Shown: positions 1 through 8,664, numbered from the stretch's first letter. The stretch is 52,949 bases of DNA from a virus (IMGVR_UViG_3300006119_000827:1-52949), one strand, 5' to 3'. Notes: generated from the sequence alone by a model not told the origin. Numbers and translations: made by a program.

Positions 1-345
1 ATCGTCCGCCAGCACGCCAAGGAGAACAAGTTTCTGTATGTTCACCATGAGACTACCTTGCGGCATTACCCAGCGCGCGACGTAGCGCCTACTCCCGTCG
101 AGAAAGTGTATATCCCCAAGCTCAAACGGGCTGCGCCGCTCATGGCCACCATACTGGTGGCGGGCACAGCGGTGCCGAGCCAGTGGACGCAAGATAACCA
201 TCCGATTGGGTATTTTAGCGGCCACGCGTCGTTCTACGCGATACGGTTCAGCGACCCCGACCAGTTCAAGCACTGGTGCGACCGGCTAATGACCAACCCC
301 GAGTGCATCAAGGCACTGGGGTTTACCCCAACGGGTAAGCCCTGA
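1..345 (+). CDS. hypothetical phage protein, 5'-truncated by window edge
   Basis: The frame of ORF 58..345 has no stop back to base 1; its stop overlaps the next ATG (TGATG). Confidence 0.6.
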   Translation: MVRQHAKENKFLYVHHETTLRHYPARDVAPTPVEKVYIPKLKRAAPLMATILVAGTAVPSQWTQDNHPIGYFSGHASFYAIRFSDPDQFKHWCDRLMTNPECIKALGFTPTGKP

Positions 346-716
346 TGGTGGAGCATTGGACCACCGCTGCCCGAACCATCGCTGAGCAAACCTTGGGCCG
401 CATGAATAATATCTTCTCAAGCGCGGAGTCTATCGGGCTTGCTGAATACCGTCTCGCCAAGATCCTCGAATACGCCCGCAGCATAGGGAACCCCGACATG
501 CCCCGCAAAACTTACACCATCACACTACGGGTGGATTACAACACCCAAGACAAGGTTGAGATCACCACCAAGCTGGTGCGTCAGGCGGCGCGCAGGTTAT
601 CCACGCAGGTAAACCTGATCGCTGACAAGCGTAAGCCTCAGATCGCTGTGGAGTCCGAGGACTTCTTCATCGGCACCGAGCAGATCGACCTGGCTGTGAT
701 GGACGACGAGGTATAA
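345..716 (+). CDS. hypothetical phage protein
   Basis: 123-aa ORF coupled to the upstream stop; acidic C-terminus; no recognised motif. Confidence 0.6.
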   Translation: MVEHWTTAARTIAEQTLGRMNNIFSSAESIGLAEYRLAKILEYARSIGNPDMPRKTYTITLRVDYNTQDKVEITTKLVRQAARRLSTQVNLIADKRKPQIAVESEDFFIGTEQIDLAVMDDEV

Positions 717-723
717 CGCGCTC

Positions 724-1089
724 TCATCCAGCATCCACGTCCACCATACCAAGCGCACGCTTTAGCTCGTGAAAGTGCCTATCCAAATGCTGCTCCAGCC
801 GGATGATTACCTCGTGATCCTGCTGGTCGATGACGAGGTTCTTGATTGCCCGGCGACGGTCTACCTGAGCTTGGCGATTGGCCGATAACAGCAATATCGG
901 ACCCGTGAACGCCGCCTGAATCGACAGGAACAGGTTCAACAGGATGAACGGATACTCGTCAAAATGGGTGATACCCAAGACGTTGACCGTTACCCATATA
1001 AGTAATATCCCGGTCTGGATTAGGATAAACTTCCACGACCCGATAATACCCGATAGTCTGTCCGCCAGCCTCTCAGAGTATGACACCAT
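724..1089 (-). CDS. DUF1003-family membrane protein
   Basis: ERLAD..GSWKFI..FDEYPFILLNLFLSIQAAFTGPILL.SANRQ is the DUF1003 signature; ATG 1089 has GAGGGT upstream. Confidence 0.8.
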   Translation of the reverse strand: MVSYSERLADRLSGIIGSWKFILIQTGILLIWVTVNVLGITHFDEYPFILLNLFLSIQAAFTGPILLLSANRQAQVDRRRAIKNLVIDQQDHEVIIRLEQHLDRHFHELKRALGMVDVDAG

Positions 1090-1181
1090 AACACCCTCAG
1101 ACGTTTGGATGTTTATACTTAATTCTACCACCACGTTCAACTAATACACGCCACCAACCACAAAGGTAGGAGAACATATAC

Positions 1182-1460
1182 ATGGACGACATTACCCTTA
1201 AAGGTAACGCCATGAAGATGGCGATGATCCTCGCACCCGACGAAGTGTTCAGGCCCGGCACCAAGTGGATACTTAACAGAAAATTCGAATCTGGAGCACC
1301 GCTCAGAAAGGGCAAGGTCGTCGTAAGTAAGGGTCTATGTGTTCACGAGGATTGTGTTGACGAAAAACACCACATAACCTTCAACGCCGTTGATCGTGAC
1401 GGCTACACGTCCGAACATATTACTTATACGAAGGACTTGCTCCCCTATACAGGGGAGTAA
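1182..1460 (+). CDS. hypothetical protein (paralog of the 3592..4005 C-terminal domain)
   Basis: AGGAG SD; LAPDEVFRPGTKW segment resembles LAPREAFTPGTLW. Confidence 0.65.
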   Translation: MDDITLKGNAMKMAMILAPDEVFRPGTKWILNRKFESGAPLRKGKVVVSKGLCVHEDCVDEKHHITFNAVDRDGYTSEHITYTKDLLPYTGE

Positions 1461-1491
1461 TCATCACTACCTAACAGCCTCCACCCGCCAC

Positions 1492-1512
1492 CCACCACCA
1501 CCACCACCACCA
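1492..1512 (+). repeat. (CCA)7 microsatellite in a gene leader
   Basis: Read directly; immediately precedes the palindrome copy at 1513. Confidence 0.9.
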
Positions 1513-1535
1513 CTACCCACAAAGGTAACCACCAC

Positions 1536-2927
1536 ATGACCGCCACCCAAACCAAGGTCATTGATCCTTCGATCAAGGCCAAGAAGAACGACGTCTCCAA
1601 GCTCACCCGCGTCGATCTGACGCCTCAGCAAGCCAAGCAGTGGGAGATGACCCGCTCGGCGCTGCTGTGGGGCGCACCGGCCTTCACGCACATCCTCTAT
1701 TCGATGATGACGGTGAAAGACACCCGGTCGGACAAGGACGACAACATCGCCATCTTCACCAAGGACATCCCCGTCGCTGCGACCGATGGCTCGCATCTGC
1801 TGCTCAACCCGGACACGTTCTTCAAGTTCGCGCTGGGCGAGCGTGTGTTCGTCGTCGCCCATGAGATCATGCACTGCGTCATGGATCATTGTGGCCAGAT
1901 GCACGCCTTCGAGCGTCGCGGCAAGATCAGTTACCCCTCGGGTAAGTCGCTCAAGTATGTTGACCAATACATGAACGTGGCGGCTGACCTGGTTATCAAC
2001 GACCTGCTGGTCGAGTCCAAAGTTGGTTCGTTCAACAAGGAGTGGCTGCACGACACGAACGTCGCGCGCGGCACGGACTCGGTGATCGACGCCTACGCCA
2101 AGGTCTACAAGGAGCAGCAGAAGCAGGGCGGTGGCGGTGGTGGCGGTGGCGGCCAGGGGAAGGGTAAGGACGACGGTCCAAACGAGGGTCAGAACCCCGG
2201 CCAGAACCCCCGCCAGGGCTTCGACCAGCACCTCAAGCCCGGCACCGCTGACGGCAAGGACGCTGAGCAGAAGCAGCAGGAGCGCAACCCGCAGGAGTGG
2301 AAGACCGCCGTTGCTGCCGCCCGTGACGCCGCCAAGGCCCAGGGCAAGCTGCCCGCAGCGTTGGAGCGGTTCTTCGGTGACATGCTCGACCCGCAGGTGA
2401 GTTGGTCCGAGAAGATCCAGGCATTCTTTGCCCGCAAGGTTGGCTCTGGCTCGTATGACTGGCGGCGTGCCGATCGTCGCCTGATTGTGCGGGACATCTA
2501 TGCGCCGGGCCGGTCGGGCTTCGGGGCTGGCACGGTTGTCGTCGGCTTCGATACGTCGGGCTCCATCTATGCGGACGCGACTTTGATCGACCGCTTCATG
2601 GCCGAGATCGGCGGCATCCTGTCGGACGTGCGGCCCAAGCGTCTGGTCATTCTGTGGTGCGACGCCAAGGTCCATCGCCACGACGAGGTGGACGAGCTTA
2701 CGGATCTCAAGGGCCTCAAGCCCGTGGGCGGTGGCGGCACGGCATTCGAGCCGGTGTTCGACTGGATTACCCAGCAGGGTATCGAGCCGGATGCTCTCGT
2801 CTATCTCACCGACGGTTTGGGTAGCTTTCCCACCACGGCACCCAATTATCCCGTGCTGTGGGGCAACATCTACGAGGGCTCCAAGTATCCGTTCGGTGAA
2901 GTCGTGGACGTTCCCAATCAGAAGTAG
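1536..2927 (+). CDS. DUF2201-type putative metallopeptidase with C-terminal VWA domain
   Basis: AATDG and HEIMH (HExxH), N.AAD..IN, Gly-rich linker, MIDAS DTSGS, GGGT.F.PVF and YLTDG. Confidence 0.9.
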   Translation: MTATQTKVIDPSIKAKKNDVSKLTRVDLTPQQAKQWEMTRSALLWGAPAFTHILYSMMTVKDTRSDKDDNIAIFTKDIPVAATDGSHLLLNPDTFFKFALGERVFVVAHEIMHCVMDHCGQMHAFERRGKISYPSGKSLKYVDQYMNVAADLVINDLLVESKVGSFNKEWLHDTNVARGTDSVIDAYAKVYKEQQKQGGGGGGGGGQGKGKDDGPNEGQNPGQNPRQGFDQHLKPGTADGKDAEQKQQERNPQEWKTAVAAARDAAKAQGKLPAALERFFGDMLDPQVSWSEKIQAFFARKVGSGSYDWRRADRRLIVRDIYAPGRSGFGAGTVVVGFDTSGSIYADATLIDRFMAEIGGILSDVRPKRLVILWCDAKVHRHDEVDELTDLKGLKPVGGGGTAFEPVFDWITQQGIEPDALVYLTDGLGSFPTTAPNYPVLWGNIYEGSKYPFGEVVDVPNQK

Positions 2928-3014
2928 GGCGAATACCTAAGTAGTCGGTAAGTAGCCGGTGTACCAGTGTAGTACTACGTACTACACTGGCCGCTTACCC
3001 ACATAGGTATAGAG

Positions 3015-3269
3015 ATGAACGAGAAAGTCTTTCACCCGGACCACTACGCCCGATTCAACATCGAGCCCGTCACCTTCATATCCGCCAACCGGCTACCCTT
3101 CGATGTTGGCAACATCATCAAATACGTCTGCCGGTACGACGCCAAGAACGGACGGCAAGACGTAGAGAAAGCCCTCCGCTACTGCGAGATGCTGCTGGAA
3201 CGCCTCGACCGCGAGCAGCGCATCGCTGACGGCGAAGATGCCGATGATGTTTGGAAGCGCGTCCTCTAA
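3015..3269 (+). CDS. DUF3310 family protein (T7 gp1.7-like putative nucleotide kinase)
   Basis: HPDHY..IEP..F..GNIIKYVCRY..KNG.QD.EKA..Y pattern. Confidence 0.85.
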   Translation: MNEKVFHPDHYARFNIEPVTFISANRLPFDVGNIIKYVCRYDAKNGRQDVEKALRYCEMLLERLDREQRIADGEDADDVWKRVL

Positions 3270-3305
3270 CGCGCACTCAAAACACAGGGACACGCAAGAC
3301 CACAC

Positions 3306-3662
3306 ATGAACAAGCTCACACCCTACCAACTCGACCTGCCGTTGCCGCCCACCTCTCAGCGCCGTGGCGGCCTCACTCGCTGGGCGAACCCCACTTACGT
3401 CGCCAAGGTGAAGAAAGCCCGCACCGACATAGTCATCTGGAACCGGGCGATGGATGAATATCTTATCCGCAGCCGCAACTCCGGGATGACCTTCTTACAG
3501 TGCAGCGACGGGCTTGGCGTGGCCCAAGCCACCGCCCGCTCCCGCGCCATCGCGTTGGGGATCTGGACCCCAAAACCGAGGAAACCCACCCATGAAAATA
3601 GGCGACACCAGCCTGTGGATGCACAACCTGCACCTTCGACCGGATATTCGGGAGATGACTAG
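3306..3662 (+). CDS. GcrA-like / Myb-type HTH DNA-binding protein
   Basis: WNRAMDEYLIRSRNSGMTFLQCSDGLGVAQATARSRAIALG resembles the GcrA N-terminal HTH. Confidence 0.55.
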   Translation: MNKLTPYQLDLPLPPTSQRRGGLTRWANPTYVAKVKKARTDIVIWNRAMDEYLIRSRNSGMTFLQCSDGLGVAQATARSRAIALGIWTPKPRKPTHENRRHQPVDAQPAPSTGYSGDD

Positions 3663-4005
3663 GGGAGGATTCACGGACAAGCTCCGCAACAGCACACGGA
3701 GGCTATTTCGTATGGCCGAGCCAAGCGGGAAATTCGAAGAATACATCGAGCACAAGCTAAGTGAAAAAGCGATGGTCTGCGCGGCGTTACTGGCTCCAAG
3801 GGAAGCGTTCACCCCTGGTACTTTGTGGACATGCACCGAGGACTCTCCCATGTGCGCGAACGTGCATAATGGAGACATAGTAAAGATCCAGAACATATCG
3901 CACGAGTACCCGGACGGGACGATAATACTACTCGCGGATACTCCCGATGTTACGGGCTGGTACATCCCGGCGACTTCACTCAAACCCTATTACCCACAGA
4001 GGTAA
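3592..4005 (+). CDS. hypothetical protein
   Basis: ATG 3592 with GAGG upstream; the stop TAA lies inside a palindrome copy. Confidence 0.6.
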   Translation: MKIGDTSLWMHNLHLRPDIREMTRGGFTDKLRNSTRRLFRMAEPSGKFEEYIEHKLSEKAMVCAALLAPREAFTPGTLWTCTEDSPMCANVHNGDIVKIQNISHEYPDGTIILLADTPDVTGWYIPATSLKPYYPQR

Positions 4006-4007
4006 TC

Positions 4008-4394
4008 ATGGACCGCGTAGTTCCACCCAATACCAACGTAAGACTCCCTCACCTACAAGCCTTCGCCAGTAAGATTAGCGAGATGCTGATTGAGACATGC
4101 TCCGACCCTAAACTTAAAAACATATTTGTTCGCGGGCGCTTGGCCATCGACGCCTTAGACGCAGAAGAACTAAGCGGTTTGGATAAAGAGGCATGGGTAT
4201 ATTCCTATGGCGGCGGCGACTGGCCCCAACGCGCCGCCTCTCGGGGGGCTTCGTATTTGTACGAGTCGTTTGGGAATTTTTCTGAGAGCGGAGGACAGCG
4301 CAGGGTGACCATACTGAACTGGTCGATCGACTATCTGCGCGAAGTCTTACCAGAAGAAAAACTACTTACCTACGCCGCGCTCCTCCTCGCCTAA
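4008..4394 (+). CDS. hypothetical protein (paralog of 4647..5096)
   Basis: GAGGT SD; HLQAFA..I...LIETCSD..LK alignable to the 4647 ORF. Confidence 0.7.
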   Translation: MDRVVPPNTNVRLPHLQAFASKISEMLIETCSDPKLKNIFVRGRLAIDALDAEELSGLDKEAWVYSYGGGDWPQRAASRGASYLYESFGNFSESGGQRRVTILNWSIDYLREVLPEEKLLTYAALLLA

Positions 4395-4419
4395 CAACCC
4401 CATACCCACAGAGGTAACC

Positions 4420-4650
4420 ATGGATACATCCACCATACTGGTCACCCTTGGCGGACTGCTGAGCGTCACGGTGCTGAACCTGACCCTCGTCGCCATCAAC
4501 GTCCACGCCACCAAGCTCACCATGCGAGCGACCTCACAGGCGATGCAAGCCGCCGAAGACGCGTCGGAAAGCTGCCTTAATGCTTCGCAAGCCGCGAGTT
4601 TTGCGGATGAAGCCGGGGGCCGTCTGCGGGCAGCCATGATGCGCCCATGA
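4420..4650 (+). CDS. small protein with N-terminal transmembrane segment
   Basis: GAGGT SD; hydrophobic ILVTLGGLLSVTVLNLTLVAI. Confidence 0.6.
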   Translation: MDTSTILVTLGGLLSVTVLNLTLVAINVHATKLTMRATSQAMQAAEDASESCLNASQAASFADEAGGRLRAAMMRP

Positions 4651-5096
4651 GTTCATCCATTATTTCAGGCCCATTGGCACCTGAGGAGATATCACCTCGG
4701 GACCAAGAGCTTGAGAGTCTAGAAGACGCCGTGCTGGATGCGGTGATTGGGGACGCTCACATGCAGGTGTTCGCTGAGCGGCTCAACAACGAACTGATCC
4801 GCGCCTGCTCCGACAAAATACTTAAGAGCCGCCTGAAGGCGGGGGCTAAGGCGATAGCAAACTTTGACCATGGGAAGCTGCTGGAGCTTGATAGTTGGAC
4901 TTGGGAATACAGGCGCGACACTCTTAAGTTAGACCGGATTGTGGCGTTGATAGCGTCGTATATGTACGAAGCCTGCCACCTGACGGGGGCGGGGCGGACC
5001 TCAGCGGTCTACCACACCCTTAGATGTATACGCGCCCACGGCAATAGCGCGCATATCACATACCCCAGAACCGACGTAATCCTGTTGATTTTGTAA
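4647..5096 (+). CDS. hypothetical protein (paralog of 4008..4394)
   Basis: ATGA overlap with the upstream gene; HMQVFA..L...LIRACSD..LK. Confidence 0.7.
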   Translation: MSSSIISGPLAPEEISPRDQELESLEDAVLDAVIGDAHMQVFAERLNNELIRACSDKILKSRLKAGAKAIANFDHGKLLELDSWTWEYRRDTLKLDRIVALIASYMYEACHLTGAGRTSAVYHTLRCIRAHGNSAHITYPRTDVILLIL

Positions 5097-5101
5097 ACCA
5101 T

Positions 5102-5139
5102 CACACCACCACACCACCACACCACCACACCACCACACC
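5102..5139 (+). repeat. (CACACCAC)4.75 tandem repeat in a gene leader
   Basis: Read directly; immediately precedes the palindrome copy at 5143. Confidence 0.9.
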
Positions 5140-5163
5140 CTCTTACCCACAAAGGTAACCACC

Positions 5164-5943
5164 ATGACAGCATTCACCGACCGCCGCTTTGAGATGATCA
5201 CAGACGAGCTTCGCCCCCTTATGCAGTCTTTGAAGTATTACGCGTCTTACTTCGCGGCGACCCCGCAAGACTTCATCGGGCTGTTCATCAAGCCCGAACA
5301 CATCGAGCCTTTGCGCGTCGCCAAAGAGATCTGCGAGCCCAATACATTTACGAACCACCAGTTCTACTCCCGGTGGCGAGTGAACACGGCGGACATTGGC
5401 GCGGAAAATCCAGACGAAGTCATGGTCCAATTTACTTACGTGACCCGATCCGAGCATGGCGGCTTCGACTTGCTTATCCCTCGGTATGCCAACAAGGGAC
5501 CATTGACCGAGCGCTCGCCGGAAGCCGAGCAATTCGCGCGTCGGATCGACGACTACATCGCCTTTCGGATGAAGCTGCGCGCCGACATCACCAAGGCGTT
5601 TGCCGTGCTTGAGACGCTGAACAAGATCTGCGACACGCCCAGGCAGGTTCGATACTTTCTCCCCGGCATCGTGGCGCTGCTGTCGGCAAACCCTAATACC
5701 AAAAAACAGGGCGACGCACTGCGGGACTACAAGGTGCCGACGTCCATCCCGCCGACATCGCCCGAATTCCGCGATGCGTGCTCAGCCACGCAGAAACTAA
5801 TCTCCCGTGCGCTGCTGCTGCCTGACCCCAACATCAAGGGCTATGACCTGATCGGGCGGGTGTCTCTTGGGTCGTTTGAACGTGGCACCCCGGCGATTCG
5901 GTATCCGTGGGCGAAGCCGTTTTTCACGTTGGATGGTGACTAA
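5164..5943 (+). CDS. hypothetical phage protein
   Basis: 259-aa ORF with phage-typical codon use, preceded by the motif/SD leader. Confidence 0.75.
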   Translation: MTAFTDRRFEMITDELRPLMQSLKYYASYFAATPQDFIGLFIKPEHIEPLRVAKEICEPNTFTNHQFYSRWRVNTADIGAENPDEVMVQFTYVTRSEHGGFDLLIPRYANKGPLTERSPEAEQFARRIDDYIAFRMKLRADITKAFAVLETLNKICDTPRQVRYFLPGIVALLSANPNTKKQGDALRDYKVPTSIPPTSPEFRDACSATQKLISRALLLPDPNIKGYDLIGRVSLGSFERGTPAIRYPWAKPFFTLDGD

Positions 5944-6085
5944 ACAAGTTGCGGCGGCGACCCCACCACGAGTCGCCGCCGCGTAGTCCCCTACCCACAA
6001 GTAGGTGCCGAGAATGAACAACCCGGCCCGGCACCTGTAACCCAGGTGGGTACGTCCGTCAATAATTTCAAGGCTTGCAGGTAAT

Positions 6086-7924
6086 ATGCAAAAAATCTTC
6101 GTAGATGTGGAGACCTACTATGACAAGGATTACAGTCTCCGAAGGATGACACCCATCGAATACATTAAAGACCCGCGCTTTGAATGTATTGGTTGGGCCG
6201 TTTCTAGAAATGGACTTAGCGGGTTCATGGAAGAAGATGAGTTCCGGGAGTTCTTGTTTACCCTACGGGGTAAGCGAATCGCGATGATCTCGCACAACGC
6301 GCTCTTTGATATGAGCGTCTTGGCGCAGAGATTCGACTACACCCCCGACCTGATGATCGACACGCTGGGCATGGCTCGCGCCATGTGGGGGCACAAGTAT
6401 CAACGCCTCTCGTTGGAGATTTTGAGCCTGCAACTCGGGCTTGGGGTCAAGGGCGACGTGCTGCCCTTGCTGTCGGGCATGAGCAAAGCCGCCATCATCC
6501 AGGCGGGCCTGTGGAACCGGCTCAAGGCCTACGCCGTCAACGACTCAGATTTGTGCGAGAAGATCTACCACCGTGCGATGGACGAGGGCTTTCCCGCCAG
6601 CGAGATCCTCGTCATGGATAACGTGCTGCGATGTGCGGTGAACCCGCAATTCCAGATCGACCGCACGGTGCTGGCTGAACACCTCGCGATTACCCAACAG
6701 GGTAAGGAACAACTCCTCGCAGCGTGTGGGATGAACGACCGCGACGCGCTTATGTCGAACGAGAAGTTCGCGGCTGCGTTGCGGAACCTGGGTGTGACCC
6801 CGCCCCTGAAGCGCTCGCTGCTGACCGGCAACCAGACCTATGCGTTCGCCAAGACCGACTTGGCGTTCCAGGCCCTCGAGGAACATCCCGACCCACGGGT
6901 GCAGACGCTTGTCTCGGCACGGCTTGGCCTCAAGTCCACCATCGAGGAGACGCGCACTCAACGCATGATCAACATCGCCAACCTTGCGTGGGACGGCGAG
7001 CCCCTGATGCCCATCCCCCTCAAATACGCGGGCGCTCACACGCACAGGCTATCGGGCGACTGGCGGATCAACATGCAGAACCTTCCCCGTGGCGGGAAGC
7101 TGCGCAATGCGCTGCTGGCACCCCCTGACCTAGAGATCGTGGTCGCGGACGCCGCTCAGATCGAAGCACGCGGCGTGGCGGTATTCTGTGGCCAGGCCAA
7201 CCTGGTGCAAGCGTTCAAGGACAAGCTCGACGTGTATTCGATGTTCGCGTCCGAGGTGTTCGGTAAGCCCGTAAACAAGCGGGACAACCCCATTGAACGC
7301 TTCATTGGTAAGACGGGCATCCTCGGGCTGGGGTACGGCGTAGGCGCTCCGAAATTCCAGGACACCATCAAGACCAGCTCGAAAAATCAAACCGGCACGC
7401 AGGTCGATATGTCGGACCTCGAGGCCTCGAACACGGTCAAGAAGTACCGGGAGCTTTACCCCTGCATCCCGGCGATGTGGAGGACTCTGGACAAGGCCAT
7501 CCCCATGATGACCGACAAGAAGTGCTTCATGCAGATCGGCCCCATCAAGATCGAGTTCGGGCGCATCGTTCTGCCCAACGGCCTGACGCTGAACTACCCC
7601 AACCTTCGACGCGAAGAAACCGGCTGGGTGTTTACCTATGCGGGTAAGACCAAGCACCTCTATGGCGCGAAGCTTCTGGAGAACATCATCCAGGCCCTCT
7701 CCCGTCTCGTGGTGATGGAAACCGCCACGCGTATCCGGGTCAACTACCAGCATAAATTCGTCATGCAGGTCCACGACGAGCTCGCTTACTTGGTCCCTCG
7801 TGGCGAGGGAGAGTCGTTCAAAAACCTTCTGATCACGGAAATGTCGGTGCCTCCGACCTGGATGCCCGATTGGCCGCTTGCTGCCGAGGGTGAGGTTGGC
7901 CGCAGTTACGGCGAAGCTAAATAG
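6086..7924 (+). CDS. polA: DNA polymerase family A with 3'-5' exonuclease domain
   Basis: Exo motifs DVETY and HNALFD; motif A DAAQIEAR; motif B RFIGKTGILGLGYG; motif C VHDE. Confidence 0.95.
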   Translation: MQKIFVDVETYYDKDYSLRRMTPIEYIKDPRFECIGWAVSRNGLSGFMEEDEFREFLFTLRGKRIAMISHNALFDMSVLAQRFDYTPDLMIDTLGMARAMWGHKYQRLSLEILSLQLGLGVKGDVLPLLSGMSKAAIIQAGLWNRLKAYAVNDSDLCEKIYHRAMDEGFPASEILVMDNVLRCAVNPQFQIDRTVLAEHLAITQQGKEQLLAACGMNDRDALMSNEKFAAALRNLGVTPPLKRSLLTGNQTYAFAKTDLAFQALEEHPDPRVQTLVSARLGLKSTIEETRTQRMINIANLAWDGEPLMPIPLKYAGAHTHRLSGDWRINMQNLPRGGKLRNALLAPPDLEIVVADAAQIEARGVAVFCGQANLVQAFKDKLDVYSMFASEVFGKPVNKRDNPIERFIGKTGILGLGYGVGAPKFQDTIKTSSKNQTGTQVDMSDLEASNTVKKYRELYPCIPAMWRTLDKAIPMMTDKKCFMQIGPIKIEFGRIVLPNGLTLNYPNLRREETGWVFTYAGKTKHLYGAKLLENIIQALSRLVVMETATRIRVNYQHKFVMQVHDELAYLVPRGEGESFKNLLITEMSVPPTWMPDWPLAAEGEVGRSYGEAK

Positions 7925-7960
7925 GGGGAAACCCTAATCAAATCGGTCATAGCATGAACG

Positions 7961-8013
7961 GTACAAAATAGCACAAAATAAAGCGTTGACATCGCTCAAT
8001 TCCTGCACATCTT
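7961..8013 (+). promoter_or_regulatory. sigma70-like promoter with upstream ACAAAATA direct repeat
   Basis: TTGACA at 7986-7991, 16-bp spacer, CATCTT; two ACAAAATA copies 10 bp apart in 7961-7980. Confidence 0.5.
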
Positions 8014-8039
8014 ATTGCCGAAGGTTCACAATAACCACC

Positions 8040-8351
8040 ATGGCAAATAACAGCATGACCAAGAAAGATAGCCTTTCGGATCACGAAATACTTAGGTTTC
8101 GGCAGGAATACCGGCTGACGGAAATGCAGACCATCCTGTTGAATGCCTTCCTGACTAATCCTATCGTCACCGAAGACTTGCTCCGGGACAAATACGGTAT
8201 CAACCGGAACCATCAGGTCTTCATCCATCGACTTCGCCTGAAGCTGACGCCCAAGGGGGTCAATATTCAGTCGATGCGAAGCCTCGGGTATTGGATCTCT
8301 CCCGAGGATAAGCGGGCCATGTTCGAACTCACCAAAGAACTGGCGGACTAA
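8040..8351 (+). CDS. stand-alone OmpR/PhoB-type winged-helix DNA-binding protein
   Basis: LTEMQ..LL..F, VFIHRLRLKL, IQSMRSLGYWI match the Trans_reg_C pattern; no receiver domain. Confidence 0.75.
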   Translation: MANNSMTKKDSLSDHEILRFRQEYRLTEMQTILLNAFLTNPIVTEDLLRDKYGINRNHQVFIHRLRLKLTPKGVNIQSMRSLGYWISPEDKRAMFELTKELAD

Positions 8352-8394
8352 ACCACCACCACCACCCCCAATAACTACCCACAAAGGTAACCCC

Positions 8395-8658
8395 ATGGCG
8401 ACGAAGCGAGCTACCGACACGGCTACAATCGTAGAGGCCTTAAACGAAAAACTCCCCGTTTCGGGGCCTGACAAGCCGGTCTTCAAGTATACGTCCCTTC
8501 AGGTCACTACTGTCGGTCGCAACGTATATAAAGTCGAGAAAGATCAAGACGGCGATTTTGTTTTTTCAGACGAAGACAAATATGAGTCGATCACCATTGG
8601 TAAGGACGATGTCAGTGCAGTCATTCAGCTGCTTGTTCTTATGCGCCAGTCTCATTAG
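8395..8658 (+). CDS. hypothetical protein
   Basis: ORF preceded by the motif/SD leader. Confidence 0.65.
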   Translation: MATKRATDTATIVEALNEKLPVSGPDKPVFKYTSLQVTTVGRNVYKVEKDQDGDFVFSDEDKYESITIGKDDVSAVIQLLVLMRQSH

Positions 8659-8664
8659 GGCGCT

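Noticed and set aside
1467-2681. Long antisense ORFs (also 12155..13171, 22856..24127, 40582..41739, 44701..45810)
   Set aside because: They are shadows of well-supported genes, expected in GC-rich DNA, and carry no motifs.
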